A stretch of 64,000 nucleotides of DNA from Octopus vulgaris (taxonomy: Eukaryota). The DNA is taken from contig OX597827.1 in assembly GCA_951406725.2 (NCBI GenBank), positions 14,942,001 to 15,006,000 on the forward strand. The letters are read 5' to 3'. The position numbers and the translations under genes were made by a program. Shown piece after piece: positions 37,735 to 53,615 of the stretch (positions within the stretch are counted from its first letter, which is position 1; every line of letters starts with the position of its first letter). The notes below the pieces were generated by a model. It made no database searches, had not been told where the DNA came from, and saw nothing but the letters and a program-made list of their open reading frames with translations.

Positions 37735-38080
37735 ATAAGGATAATATCGATATTTAAATATCGATTTTATCAAGTGGCCAGCATGGGAATAAAAACCTTA
37801 CAAAGGTAATAATTATTTAAAACTATAGATAAGGGTATCTGAGAGATACCACCATGCCGAAATAGCAGTCAAAACCCTGACCCTAAAGGCCACCTTAAAT
37901 GTTCATATCCAGAAATCCAGGATCTTGAATTATCCAGTAAAATCTTTTTTGCTAGTTTATTTTGTCTCTCTATCTTATCTCATGGCATGATATGAACATT
38001 TAAGGTGTTTTTTAGGGTCAGGTTTTTGACTGCTATTTTGGCATGGTGGTATCTCTCAGATAACCTTATTTATAGTTTTA
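37735..38080. repeat. Fold-back repeat (arms 37819-37909 / 37990-38080)
   Basis: aaaactata.ataagg.tatctgagagatac.ccatgcc.aaatagcagtcaaaa and its reverse complement. Confidence 0.75.
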
Positions 38081-38092
38081 TATATATTTATA

Positions 38093-38503
38093 TACTCTTT
38101 TACTCTTTTACTCTTTTACTTGTTTCAGTCATTTGACTGCGGCCATGCTGGAGCACCGCCTTTAGTCAGGCAAATCGACCCCGGGACTTATTCTTTGTAA
38201 GCCCAGTACTTATTCTATCGGTCTCTTTTTGCCGAACCACTAAGTAACGGGGACGTAAACACACCAGCATCGGTTGTCAAGCAATGCTAGGGGGACAAAC
38301 ACAGACACACAAACACACACACATATATATATATACATATATACGACAGGCTTCTTTCAGTTTCCGTCTACCAAATCCACTCACAAGGCATTGGTCGGCC
38401 CGGGGCTATAGCAGAAGACACTCGCCCAAGATGCCACGCAGTGGGACTGAACCCGGAACCATGTGGTTGGTTAGCAAGCTACTTACCACATAGCCACTCC
38501 TGC
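38093..38503 (-). mobile_element. SINE family B
   Basis: Match to family B. Confidence 0.9.
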
Positions 38504-39752
38504 CACTATACATATATAGAAGTTAAAAGATATAACAAAACCAAAGATGGATAAACACATATATATGGTATTATATCACCTGTATCATTCACAAATGATG
38601 TCATATAAGCATAACCAAAATATAATTAACAAACCCAAAACATATTCCTAGATATTGTCCTGATTAGAAAGTTGGATTCTAAGAATTTTGGATCTTCTGA
38701 GCACTAATACGAAGTTAGTCTATTGTATGCTTATGATAGTGTCTTCTTACCCATTAGATATATGTATGTATGTGTATATATATACACACACACACACACA
38801 TGCACACACACTCAAACATGCACACACACATACACACACACACATGCACACACACACACATACATTTAGGGTGATTTAGATTTAAACTTTATGACATGTA
38901 CCCAATATTTAATGCTCCATGTGTACCATAATATATTAAAAGAGCAAAGTACAAAGAGAACTTGATAACTCATGTATTTTAGTTCAAGTTCTTTTCCACT
39001 GGGCTTCATAGTTAGAAAAATCAAATGGTACATACAGAAAAAAAACAAAACTGGATAGCCAATTCACAGATTATTTATTTACATCAGCTTGCACAAGTTT
39101 CATTAACAATAATATCTATTATTCAAGAAAAACCTTATCAACAGATAACATTATCAAATCTTCAGAGATTGTATAGCAAGTGTAAATAAAGTTTAACATT
39201 TATAATAGAAAATGGATAGTTTTATGGTATCTTTTTCTTATCTTTTATTTTTTACTTATCTCAGTCATTACACTCTGGCAATACTGGGACACCACATTGA
39301 AGGGTTTAACTGTACTCTACCCCTGAACTTATTTTTTCAGAGCCCACATAGTAATTGACTGGAAAGTAAGGTAAAGTAAAGTATCTATGCAACTGAAAAT
39401 CCAGAAAATCCAAGAGATAAAATTATTTTGTGAAAAGTATATAAAGGATCAAGTTAGGGGCATAAGAAGTAAATGTATACTTAATTAATCACACTATCTT
39501 CCATACGATTATGAACATTCACAGCCTTCTTTACATAGTATTAAGAAATTATGCATACATGCTCGTGTTAATATGTATACATTTGTATATACAATACAGT
39601 TGTATATAAAGAAATCAAAATCAAAATAGAGATTGTAGTTGTGGACGATGAATTTGTTTTCAGACAAAAAGAAAATAGGACATACATACACACATATACT
39701 TTAATATAAATTACCTGTCCTTATTTTCAAGTGTCTATTTTCCTTTGCCATA

Positions 39753-39786
<34 letters not shown>

Positions 39787-39936
39787 GTCAAACAAATAGA
39801 CCCCAGGACTTATTTTTTGTAAGCCTAGTACCTATTACATCAGTCCCTTTTACTGAACTGCTAAGTTACAGGGACGTAAACACACCGGCATCAGTTGTCA
39901 AGTGATGGTGGGGGGACAAACATATACACACACCCA

Positions 39937-39988
<52 letters not shown>

Positions 39989-40152
39989 CAAGGGACTTCT
40001 TTCAGTCTACATCTACCAAATCCAGTCACAAGGCTTTGGTCAACCCGAGGGTATAGTAGAAGACACTTGCCCAAGGTGCCATGCAGTGAGACTAAACCCA
40101 GAACGGTGTGGTTGGTAAGCAAGTTACTTACCACACAGCCACTCCTGCACCT
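39787..40152 (-). mobile_element. SINE family B
   Basis: Match to family B. Confidence 0.8.
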
Positions 40153-40462
40153 ATATATTTGATTATAACTTGTTGAGGGCAAAACAACGCAAACTAAAAT
40201 ACAAATATGAAGACCGAACAATAGCTCATGTTTTGCCTTGCAATTGTTTGAGCTTAAGACAACCTTCATCAAGAAAAATGGGATATGGAATAGAGCTATA
40301 ATCGTTCCTCGGGTGTGTGAGAGAGAGAGTAATGACATACACAGACTGGTGTTGTTATGATAGCCAGTCTGCTTCCTGTGGGGTTTTTTCTATTGTTTAA
40401 TGAACAAAATTTACATGAAACAGACAGTATTATATATTATAATATATATGCAATGTATATAT

Positions 40463-40509
<47 letters not shown>

Positions 40510-40614
40510 AATATACATATATATATATATCTCAAATATATACATACTACATATACACACAATACACACATGCATTGTATAAATATTAGACAAGTGTGCA
40601 TATGCCTGTAGATG

Positions 40615-41025
<411 letters not shown>

Positions 41026-41327
41026 TTGGAAGAACTAACACGAGAAAGAGCACTCAATAAATATTATAGAGTTGATATTATTGCTTTCAGAACTGATGAT
41101 TCATGTAGTCAGCAAGAGTGTGAATCATCAGCTTTAAATGAATGCGTACATACATGTGTATGTGTTTGTATAAGATATATCATAACATACATATATATAA
41201 AGATGGGCCACAATAAAGTGTGACACACAACTAAAATTGGATTCAGTAGTTTCTATTATTATGTAATTATTTCAGCCATTTGATGAAACACGTATATGCC
41301 ACATGGAGCTTTGACTACCACACTTGT

Positions 41328-41359
<32 letters not shown>

Positions 41360-41383
41360 CACGTGTGTGTATGAGTGTATACA

Positions 41384-41413
<30 letters not shown>

Positions 41414-41416
<3 letters not shown>

Positions 41417-41634
41417 TCTTTACTCTTTTACTCTTTTACTTGTTTCAGTCATTTGACTGCGGCCATGCTGGAGCACCGCCTTTAGTCGAGCAACTCGACC
41501 CCGGGACTTATTCTTTTTTGTAAGCCCAGTACTTATTCTATCGGTCTCTTTTTGCCGAACCGCTAAATGACGGGGACGTAAAGACACCAGCATCGGTTGT
41601 CAAGCAATGCTAGGGAACAAACACAGACACACAA

Positions 41635-41675
<41 letters not shown>

Positions 41676-41832
41676 CGGCAGGCTTCTTTCAGTTTCCGTC
41701 TACCAAATCCACTCACAAGGCATTGGTCGGCCCGAGGCTATAGCAGAAGACACTTGCCCAAGATGCCACGCAGTGGGACTGAACCTGGAACCATGTGGTT
41801 GGTTAGCAAGCTACTTACCACACAGCCACTCA
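41414..41832 (-). mobile_element. SINE family B
   Basis: Match to family B. Confidence 0.9.
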
Positions 41833-41889
41833 TATACACACATGTAATATATATATATATGTGATATATGTATGTATATATATATATTA

Positions 41890-42033
41890 TCATCGTCATC
41901 ATCATCATCGTTTAGCATCCGCAACCCATGCTGGCATGGGTTGGACGGTGCAACTGGGGTCTGGTAAGCCAGAAGGCTGCACCAGGCCCAGTCTGATCTG
42001 GCAATGTTTCTACGGCTGGATGCCCTTCCTAAC

Positions 42034-42036
<3 letters not shown>
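41890..42036 (-). mobile_element. RTE-LINE 3' end fragment
   Basis: Match to 7506-7655. Confidence 0.8.
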
Positions 42037-42072
<36 letters not shown>

Positions 42073-42127
42073 GTTTTTTAATTTGCTTTGCAAGATTCCT
42101 GATATGAAATCATGTGTTGAAACAGAT

Positions 42128-42348
42128 ATTGTTGCATTTTGGGACGGTCATTTTTTGGGGAGGCCAAATAAACACACACACTATATATTTTTTCTTCACT
42201 CGTTTATTACTGTTCTTATTTTATTATTTTAACTCATGTTAATTGTCTGAAAATAAAATAACAACAGCAATAAATGAGTGAAGAAAAAATATATAGTGTG
42301 TGTGTTTATTTGGCCCCCAAAAAATGACCCTCCCAAAATACAACAATA
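42128..42348. repeat. Fold-back repeat in (TA)n (related single arm at ~29918-30010)
   Basis: tattgttgcattttggga...ccaaataaacacacacactatatattttttcttcactc and its reverse complement. Confidence 0.8.
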
Positions 42349-42460
42349 TATATATATATATACACACATACATATACACATATATATACATACATACATA
42401 TATACATGTACATATGTCAGCATCATCATTTAACGTCTCTCTTCCATGCTAGTAAGGGTG

Positions 42461-42516
<56 letters not shown>

Positions 42517-42725
42517 AAATGGAAAGATGAATTTTCTTGTTACAGATTATTCAAAAGTTTAACCGATACCTGAGTAGCAAAAATCACAGCAGAAAAAAAC
42601 ACGGTTGGAGATAAGACCATTTGGTGTTGCAACCATGCGTTGGTGCGGATAATTGAAGTTTAATATAATTAGTGAATGGAAGAAATGGAGTTGAACGAAG
42701 ATTGTACAGAATTCCTTTTATTACA

Positions 42726-42805
42726 TTCTACACATGTTTCAAAGGCCACAATTTTCCAAATTCTGATTAAATAAGGATACCATATTGCAGCTTTCTCTTC
42801 AGGAA
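42726..42805 (-). ncRNA. Putative type I hammerhead ribozyme (long stem II)
   Basis: Minus strand TTC-CTGAAGA-GAAAGCTGCAAT...ATTGTGGCCTTT-GAAAC-ATGT-GTA-GAA. Confidence 0.55.
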
Positions 42806-43092
42806 AAAGCAGGAATTATGTTGACAGAACAAAACAAAACAGAGGCGCAGCAAAGCAATTCGAACGAGGACGCTCCTTAAGAGCCCATGGTTAAACTGTT
42901 TATACACACACACACATACATATATACATATGTATACAACAGGTTTCTTTCAGTTTCAATCTACCAAACCCACTTAAGGCTTTGATTGGTTGGGGAGGAT
43001 ATAGAAGAAAACACTTGCCCAAGGTGCTATGCGGCTGGTCTGAACCCAGAATCATGTGGCTGGAAAGCAGGTTCCTTACCACACAGCCCTCT

Positions 43093-43133
<41 letters not shown>

Positions 43134-43614
43134 CACACATGTGTGTCTGTAATGTGCATATATATGCATTTATGCATGTGCATGTGTGTGTGTGTGTGTG
43201 TGTGTATCTGTGTTTGTGTGTCTGTGTTTGTGTCTATATATTTGTTCATGCACTTATCTGTATTAACATTTGTTGGATAACATTTGTTCAAGAAAGCGTT
43301 CTTGAATCAGTTGCTCCTTTTGTTCTCAACCCTTGCTTTGTAATTAAGGGGTTGTTTATTCTGCTGGCCTGGTCTTCAAAAGTGCAAAGCAACTGGTTGT
43401 AATGTCAGCCACCAACGTAAATATCATTTCACCATTTTGTTCAGATGGTGACAAGGGAAGCCATGGAATGCCATCATTCGCAGACATTCATGCACTCACA
43501 GTCACACAAATATACACACATTAATAGAAACACATATATACACATATATATGTATGTATGTGTGTGTGTATGTGCGTATGTATGTATGTATGTATGTATG
43601 TATGTATGTATGTA

Positions 43615-44906
43615 CGAGGGGCGTTCAATAAGTAATGCCTCTGACCCACTTGCCGTTGATTGATCTAGCTGAGATTTTGCATGTGTAATTATTTATATCT
43701 CTATAGATTAAGTGGCAAATTACAGCTCCGAACTAATAGTGGTTTCTGATTTACATGTGTTTGAAATGAGTCAAGTGGGAAATGGAGCCTGTTGAGTGTC
43801 GAAAAGTGATCCAGTTTTTGTATTTAAAATGACGCACACCACAGGAGACTTTTGATGAAATGAAAGTAACTTATGGTGATGATGCCCCATCATATGACCT
43901 TGTAAAACGCTGGCATCGTGAATTCAAACATGGTCGGAACTCTGTGGAAACAGCTCCCAGATCTGGTCGCACCCCTTCTGCCATTGATGAGGCATCTGTC
44001 CGTCAAGTTGAGGCTGCCATTTTGGAAGATGGACACATAACTATTCGCCAAATAGCCCATGAGGTCAAGATTAGTACTGGGTCTGTGGAAACTATCATTC
44101 AAGACCATTTGCATATGCAAAAGGTGCCTGCCAGAGGGATTCCCAGGTTGCTCACACTTTTCCTGAAGCAAGAACGCGTCGAGTGCTCGAGGATGAATTT
44201 AGGGATGTGCCAAGCAGATGAGTCAAAATTTTTCAAAAGACTGATTACACAGGATGAGACCTGGGTCCTTCACCATGATCCAGAGACCAAAGCCCAGTCA
44301 ATGCAGTGGAAGCACCATGACTTACCTCCTCCAAAGAAGGCAAGGGTGCAGCCCTCCGCTGGCAAGGTCATGCTCACAGTCTTCTGGGACCAGGATGGAG
44401 TAGTGATGACAGATTTCCTGGCAAAGGGTACCACAATTACAGGAGCCTATTATGCTTCATTTTTGAGGAAATTAAGAGAAGCTATCAAAACCAAGAGGCG
44501 GGGCAAGATCAGCAAAGGCATCCTCCTCCTGCAGGACAACGCTCCGGTCCACAACTCGCGTGTCGCCAGATCAGAAGCACAGGCATGCGGCTATGAACAC
44601 TTCCCCCATCCCCCTACTCTCCTGACCTTGCACCCTCTGATTTTCACCTCTTCCCAGCCATGAAGTTGTTTTTGAAAGGAAAGCGTTTCCCAGATGATGC
44701 AGCCTTGATTTCTGAAGTCACGTCGTAGTTGGAGGACCAAGCTGGGGTCTTCTATGAAAACGGTCTCCAGAGCTGTATCAAACGATGGGAGAAATGCGTA
44801 ACTCTGGGTTGTTCCTATGCTGAAAAAGACTAATACCTGTGCCAAGTTTCGTTGCTCTACTGCTATGGTAAGTGGATCAGGGGCATTACTTATTGAACGC
44901 CCCTCG
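43615..44906 (+). mobile_element. Full-length mariner (DD34D) transposon, 1292 bp
   Basis: TA TSDs (43613-14, 44907-08). ~37-bp TIR cgaggggcgttcaataagtaatgcc(t/c)ctga(c/t)ccactt. Confidence 0.95.
43782..44833 (+). pseudogene. Mariner transposase pseudogene
   Basis: ATG 43782. HTH region with PRSGRTP, GIPRLL, catalytic TQDETW / LQDNAP / YSPDLAPSDFHLF. Stops at 43830 (TGA) and 44726 (TAG), 1-nt frameshift near 44612, TAA at 44831. Confidence 0.92.
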
Positions 44907-45112
44907 TATGTGTGTATGTGTGTATGTGTGTATGTATGTATGTATGTATACAGAAGTGTGTGCGTGTATATATAGGTATTCACATGCAGATATATATGCA
45001 CATATATATATATGTGTGTATGTATGTATGGGCACTCATATTTTGACTTTGGTTTATTCCTGTCTGCACAACTAATATACTACTACTAATATATATGAAT
45101 ATATAAATATAT

Positions 45113-45189
<77 letters not shown>

Positions 45190-45190
45190 C

Positions 45191-45257
<67 letters not shown>

Positions 45258-45294
45258 TATATATATATTTACATACATACATATACATATACAC

Positions 45295-45327
<33 letters not shown>

Positions 45328-45673
45328 AATGTATGCATACATACACACACGTGTGTGTATGAATATATATATATATAACACATATTCACAGTAAACCAAG
45401 CTTTCAGTTTACTTCTCTCAATTCCACTATTTATTCCAGGAGTGACCATCTCCTCTGTACATTATCGTTATGTAACTAAACTGGATTGTTAGCTATGACC
45501 TCATAAAGAATAGTTGAGGGAAAGTTTATTTAAAACAGCATTAAATCTTATATGCAAAGCATTAATTTGCACATCCGCATAATATTACGTTGATTTTTTT
45601 TATTTTTATTTCTTGCCTTTTTTTTTTCTTCTTTTTTTTACAAAATTCTTTCCTACAGATCAAAATCACTTAC

Positions 45674-45795
45674 CTGATGATACTGTGCTAGCCAGGTCCC
45701 AATAACTAACTTCTTAACCATTGCCATTCTCAGTCCCTTCGATCGAAACACTCTCTTTCAAATTTCAAATATTTCCTGAAGTTCTGCAGTTGATT
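45674..45795 (-). other. Candidate non-coding exon
   Basis: CTTTCATTACAG| acceptor and CAG|GTAAGT donor around 122 nt of non-repetitive sequence. Stops in all three frames. Confidence 0.35.
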
Positions 45796-45908
45796 CTGTA
45801 ATGAAAGGTCATCTGCGTATAGCAGTTCCCTGTATATCAAGTTTTACATGCTTCCACGAGAGATTCACATTTTTACTGCCATTGAAGAATTCCCTCACTC
45901 AGTATCAG

Positions 45909-46205
45909 TTAACCCTTCTGATACTAAACTGTCTGAAGTTGCCTCAAGATCTACGATACAAAGCATAACTTTATATTTTTGTTTTTGTATCTTTTAATAT
46001 TTAAATATAAACCCTGAAATGTAATTTTCCCTAAGAAGTTATTATTAAGTAATGATCGTCCAAACACCATCTTAATTATAGAAGAATTAATTACTTTAAT
46101 ATCCACTTTCAAATTCTTGATTATTTCCAAACATTCTTGAAACATATAAGCAGTGCATTTCACTGGGACCATGGTAATGAAATAATTAAATAGCCAGGGT
46201 CTTAA
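45909..46205. mobile_element. Decayed piggyBac-type MITE (family also 55714-56260, 60638-60904)
   Basis: TTAA|cccttctgatac end. Internal similarity to the other copies. Confidence 0.5.
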
Positions 46206-46759
46206 CAACTACATCACATAACTTTGACAATATTCTTGTATAATACTACTACTACTACTACTACAACTACTACTGCTACCATTATTTTATCTACTTCAGA
46301 AACAGTGAAAGACTGCTATAGTATTGATGGCAAGATTTGCACCTAGAACATCAAACTACCAAACTAAACAATCTTGTATTATCCAGTCTAGTTTCCCTGC
46401 AAACTATTCAGGTTCACGTATGATAGTAAGAAGAAAAGGATTAGAAAGAGAACCCCAATGAATATTTACTCACTTTTCAAAATCTGTGTGGTCTGTATGA
46501 TAAACACTCAATCTACTCCAGCAGACAGACAGACAGACAGACAGACAGATAGACAGACAGACAGGCAGCTAAATCTTTACAGTCAGGAAGTATCTTATGG
46601 ATTAGACGACTACAACCTTACCTAAAGAAAGTGAATTGCTTTATCACAGGAATCATTAAAAACTATTAATATTTTCCATTAACATCTGGAATTACAGAAT
46701 GGAAATGATGAAGCATATATTTACATGAACAGCATGAACGTTGGTGATGTTGTTCAGAA

Positions 46760-46804
<45 letters not shown>

Positions 46805-46901
46805 TGTGTGAGTGTGTGTATCGGCAATGAATACAGAAATAGGGAAAAGTGGTTTATATTTACCACACATGTGAATACAGCTGAGGATTGTCAGATTCAA
46901 G

Positions 46902-47215
<314 letters not shown>

Positions 47216-47387
47216 TTACAATAGGCACAAATACACTGACGTTACTGGGAACGTGGTTCACAGTGTGTATTGGCCACAAACTTGTAGGAAAACACACTGT
47301 TAATGAAAATATGGTTTATATTTACCACAACCGATAAATACAGCTAGTGTGTTGCAAGACATGATCAAAGTTGCCTCTAATGTGTTT

Positions 47388-47568
<181 letters not shown>

Positions 47569-47809
47569 ACTTTCTTTATTGGCCACACATGGCTGGACAC
47601 AGAGGGGACAATTACAAATGTAGAGCTTTTCTTTTCGAAGATGGAAAAGGAAAAAGAAGAAGAAAAAAGGAAACAAATGTAAAATTTCGATCAAAAGGGA
47701 TCGGAAGAAAAAAAATCGATCAAAAAGGATCGTGTATCACGGAAAGAAAAAAAATTATTTTTATTTTTAAAGTAACAAACAAGATTAGGTTCATCCGTGG
47801 AAGATAGAT

Positions 47810-47854
<45 letters not shown>

Positions 47855-48369
47855 ATATGCATGGCAGTATGGTTAAGAACTTGGCTTCCCAACCATGCAG
47901 TTTTGGGTTCAGTCTTACATGGCAGCACCATAGGCAAATTCCTTCTACTGTAGCTTGAGTCCAATCAAATCCAATCAAAGCATTGTGAGTGGATTTGGCT
48001 GATGAAAACTAAAAGAAACCTGTTGTATATGTATACATAAACGTGAGTGTGTGTGTGTGTGTGTGCTCGCATGTGCACATGTGTGTGCATGAGTGCGTGC
48101 ACATGTGTGTGTGTCTGCATGTTTGTTTCCATTTGAGAATCAACAAATGTTGCTTGCTGCAAGCTGTTGTTGTCATTTATTCTGTCAACGAATCACCTGC
48201 TTACTTCGTACCTTCAAAGATATGCGAAATAAAGGATCTCTTACCTGAGAAACGAGTAAAGGTTTGTGACAGGAAGAGCATCAAAATGGAAAACAGTGCC
48301 ACAGTTATGTATAGGCTAGCCCATGATAACATAGACAAAAACCAGACTTGAAAATGGATGCAATACACA

Positions 48370-48565
<196 letters not shown>

Positions 48566-49350
48566 TAATTACCCATGATGGTGGCACTTAAAAGCACCGG
48601 TGCTGATGAGTTGCAAAAGACACCCACTATATTCTCTTGGATTGGTTGGCATAAGGAAGAGCCTCCAGCTGCTGTAACCTAGCCAATACAGCTCTCCAGC
48701 TTACAAGTTCTAGTCAAACCATCTAACCCATGCCAGCATTGAAAGATGACTCTAAATGATGATGAATCCAGGTAGTAGTATGTCTGATGATGTGAGGTTT
48801 TAAGTACATACAATTATTGCTCAGATTGACTTGTTGCCTGAACTCCAACTTGAACTGCAACTCAAAAAAGCAGGCATGTCATAGCTGCCTAATGGAAATT
48901 GGCAATAGGTAGTGTTTCCATTGAGCAGGTACATGTATAGTAGAATAAAAGTATAAACAAGCAAACAACTGGTGTCAGACCAGATTATGACATTTATATA
49001 TTTAAACATTGACATAACATGAGGGTAGAATTGAATGTTACGGGAGTTTAGATCACAAGAGGTCACTAAAAGATTCATTGAGGAATGAACGTAAGGCTTA
49101 TGGTACATGTTGCCATTCTACAGGAATAGTTATACAGTAAGTCCTAATTATTAGAGTAAGGTAAAGTTAGTCATCATAGGTAGATAAAATCCAAAACCAG
49201 ATGAGGACAAAGGAAGAAGGAAAGAAGGTGTTCAGATAATCTCTTACAGCTGTTTCAAGAAATAATGCACATATGGTGCATTTCTCTGCAAGCAAGCTGC
49301 CAATAGGAAAATGGTCATGCACAATCAACAAATTATATTAATTATAGGAG

Positions 49351-49382
<32 letters not shown>

Positions 49383-49630
49383 ACTTGTCAGTATCTATAT
49401 CTGTGCTGGTGCCTCACAGATTAAATTGATGTAAACTCCATGAGGCATTTACTACATAAAAGAGATTAACTTCTTTAGTAGATAAAACTTAACCATTTGA
49501 TATTAATTGAGGTTAATAAAATGAGATAAAAAACTAAGCACGGAGGTTAATATAATTGACTAAATTAATTGAAAGAGGTCCCACCATAACCACAGTCCAA
49601 TGACTAAAACAACAAAATAAAAAAAGCAAT

Positions 49631-49778
<148 letters not shown>

Positions 49779-49972
49779 GAGAAAAAAAAGGGAAAACGAT
49801 TATATTATGAGCTTCATTGTCTTACGGCTGTTTCTGCTATGAGATGCAGTGGACTCATAGCAGAATGCCTGAATAACATCCCGTAGCTTCATTGGTACCT
49901 CAAATTTGAAATGCAATTTATTCTTGAAAAAATTAATTACATTTGTGCAATATACCAATGCATGTGTGTGTG

Positions 49973-50031
<59 letters not shown>

Positions 50032-52483
50032 TCTTTTACTCCTTTACTTGTTTCAGCCATTTGACTACGGCCATGCTGGAGCACCGCCTTTAATATATAT
50101 ATATAATATATATATATATTTAATATATATTTATATATATATTATATATTATATATATTATATATATTTACATATTTATATTTAATATATATTTATATAT
50201 TTAATATATATATTATATATATATATTATATATATATATAAACAACTTATAAATAAGGGCAAAAGAAAAAATTTCTAATGCCAAATATGCCAAAATTGGA
50301 ACTATTGTCTATAACCATATAATTATATTTATTTATAAGTTATTTATAAGTTGTTTATAATTTTAACCTTTAAAGGTATTTTTTAATATGCTGGCCATTG
50401 ATAAAATTTTTTTTTTGAAAAAATTTTATCCCACATTAAATAATATATATATATATACATACTAGTATAACACTGACCTTCCAGACATTGGTGATCTGAA
50501 ACTTCTTATAATCCACACTAATCTATGAGCAGGAAATTCAACTTCCTATGGCCAGCAGCCTAGTTCACTGGTACCTTACATAGACTAGTACCTCGCATAG
50601 TACAGTATTAATAAACTTATATCATTTACACTAAAAGTTCAGGCACCTGTACATTAGTATAAATAAATTTACACTAATGTACAGGTGCCAGTACTTTTGT
50701 AAATAAATTTACACTAAAAGTTATTTAAATAAATTTGGTACTTGCTTAATTCAAAGTGTGTTGACCAAGGTGACCACCCCTGTTCAGAAATAGCAGTGAT
50801 CTGGAAAGGCGTTGAAATGAAAGGCTCCAGAAAACCAATGTTGTACCTGTATTTAATTATATTTCATACATATTTTGAATTATATTTGTAATGTTCATTG
50901 CATTCTGTATCTCTACTTTTTGTCCCAATTCTTTTCCCTTTTATTTTGACCTGTTTTCAGTCACAGGCCTACAGCTATTCCGAAGCACTATAAAGATTTT
51001 AGTCAATAAATTTTGACACTCATAAATTAATCTGCAGCTCCTTGAATCGAACCCTATTTAGCAAATATCTATGTTCACTTGTTGAGGAATTATTTCTCAT
51101 TGCGGAGTAAATACCGAGGGGAAACTTCGCTGATAAACACACACAAATATCTACACACACACACAAAAATATATATACATATACACACACATATGCACAC
51201 ACACACATATACATCATCATCATCATATAACGTCCATTGGACAGTTTGACCAGATCTGACAAACAGGGGAGCTACACCAGACTCCTGGTTGCCCTTCTTA
51301 ATGCCAACTACTTTATAGAGTGTGCTGGGTACTTTTGCAAGGCCCCACACAGGCACTTTTATGTGGTGTAGACTGCTTGTGTGGGTGGCTTTAAATGAGT
51401 ACTCAAGCTTCCAAGAATAACAACCAAATTTCCAATAAATCACATCCTACCATTTTAGTTTAGACATTGGTTAATATAGTCCTAAGATAACTGAACAAAA
51501 AAAATGCTGGAACGGTCAAACACAATGACATGCCCATGTACACAAACATATAAGTATATATGAGTTTGGGTGCATGTTGGGATAATCTTATTTGGAACAC
51601 ATTCTATCCAAGGTCAGCTCATTAAGTAAAGACTGAAGACCTATAGCCCAGTGGTTAGGGTGTTGTACTCATGATTGCCAAATTCTAGTTTCCATTCCTG
51701 GACAGAGTGGTGCATTGCATTCTTGGACAAAACACTTCATCCCATGTTATTCCAGTCTACTAAATTGGCAAAAATGAGTAATACTGTGATGAACCAGCAT
51801 CCCATCGAGGTGGAGATTATGCATGCCATAAAAACTGGAAAACCAGCCCTTATGAGTTGGTATGATTCCAGAAGGAAAATTTACCTATCTACCATTCAGG
51901 ATAGACTGGTCCTAAACAGACAACAGTACTGTAAAGAAATGGACAGAGCACCTAGCCAGGGTTTCAAACTTCATACCAACACATACATGGTAAGATTTGT
52001 TGAGTATTGTTATTACTCAGTCACAACATATACACACACATACACACACATGCACACATGCACACACACACACACACACACATACATGCACACAAACACA
52101 CACTACACATATGTATATATAATGGGCTTCTTTCAGTTTCTGTCTATCACAATGTGTGTGTGTGTGTGTGTTCTTGTCTAGACTTCACACAATGTTTATA
52201 AATAAGCATCATAATCATACCAGCAGGGTGTTCATTTCCAGTCTTCCGTGAAAAAACACGTCTGTCCATGGGGGAAATATTACTTCACTTGCAAAACAAA
52301 TAAGGGTTGGTGACAAGAAGGGCATCCAGCTGTAGAAAAATCTATTTCAACAAATTCCGTCTGACCCATGCAAGCATAGAAAAGTGGACGTTAAAATGAT
52401 GATAATACTTCAATAAGATATATCACCTAATATTTCATAATAGAACAACAATTAATTAGTAACCAATAATATTTTATATTGTA

Positions 52484-52762
52484 ATATCACGCGATCACCA
52501 TGACCGACCAGGCTATCAGATGTTGCTACACATCGCTTGTCACAATGCGCTTCAAATGACGCCACCCTGCTGGCTAAGCGAGCAGGCCAACAGAAGAAAG
52601 AGTGAGAGAAAGTTGTGGTGAAAGAGTACAGCAGGGATCACCACCATCCCCTGTCGAAGCATCGTGGAGTTTTAGGTGTTTTCGCTTAATAAACACTCAC
52701 AATGCCCGGTCTGGGAATCGAAACCACAATTCTACAATTGCCACTGGGCCATTGCGCCTCCA
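52484..52762 (-). mobile_element. SINE family D
   Basis: Reverse-complement match to 12411-12721. Confidence 0.85.
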
Positions 52763-53109
52763 CATATTATAATATACTACCTGCTAATTAACACACTATA
52801 CAGGTGACTTACTACCTTAACACGTACTGTGGAAATCAGGTATATCCGTTCAAAATTTCATTACCTTTAATTGAGGAAATCAGTTTTATATACAAATCTA
52901 TCTTTTATTAAGGAATGTCATGGTTGGTGCTATTTTCTATGGAGATGTGTCGAGTTTATTGAGGCAACGGGATTTTACAGAAAATACCAAGTCTGTTTTT
53001 TTTTTTGTTTTTTTTTATAGATATTTGTTAACATCATTACTGGAATAACCACGAAAATTCTATTTTGCAGTTAAAGGGCATGATAGTTAGTATGAAGAAA
53101 AATACACCA

Positions 53110-53504
53110 ATCATCATCATCATCATCATCACTACCACCACCTCTACCACCATCATCATTGTCGTTGCTGTCATCATCATAATCATCATAATCATCGTCG
53201 TTGTCGTCGTCGTCATCATTATTATCATCATTGTCATCATCGTTGTCAACGTCCTCATCATCGTCATCGTCATCATTGTCATCATTATCATCATTATCAT
53301 AATCATCATCATCCTCATCACCATGATCATTATCACCATCATTAGTATCACCATCATCACCATCATCACCACCATCATCACCATCATTATCATCACATCA
53401 CCATCATCATTATCATTATCATCACCACCATCATCATCATCTTTATCATCATCATCATCATCTTTATCCTCATCACCATCATCATCATCATCATCATCAT
53501 CATC

Positions 53505-53535
<31 letters not shown>

Positions 53536-53615
53536 TCATCGTTAACATCATCATCATTATCATCCACAACAACATCATCATCATCATCACCACCACCACC
53601 ATCACTATCATCATT
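53110..53615. repeat. Degenerate (CAT)n tract
   Basis: Direct inspection. Confidence 0.95.

Noticed and set aside
43860-44663. SETMAR-like host gene or active transposase
   Set aside because: No SET domain. Bounded by TIRs and TA, and interrupted by two stops and a frameshift.
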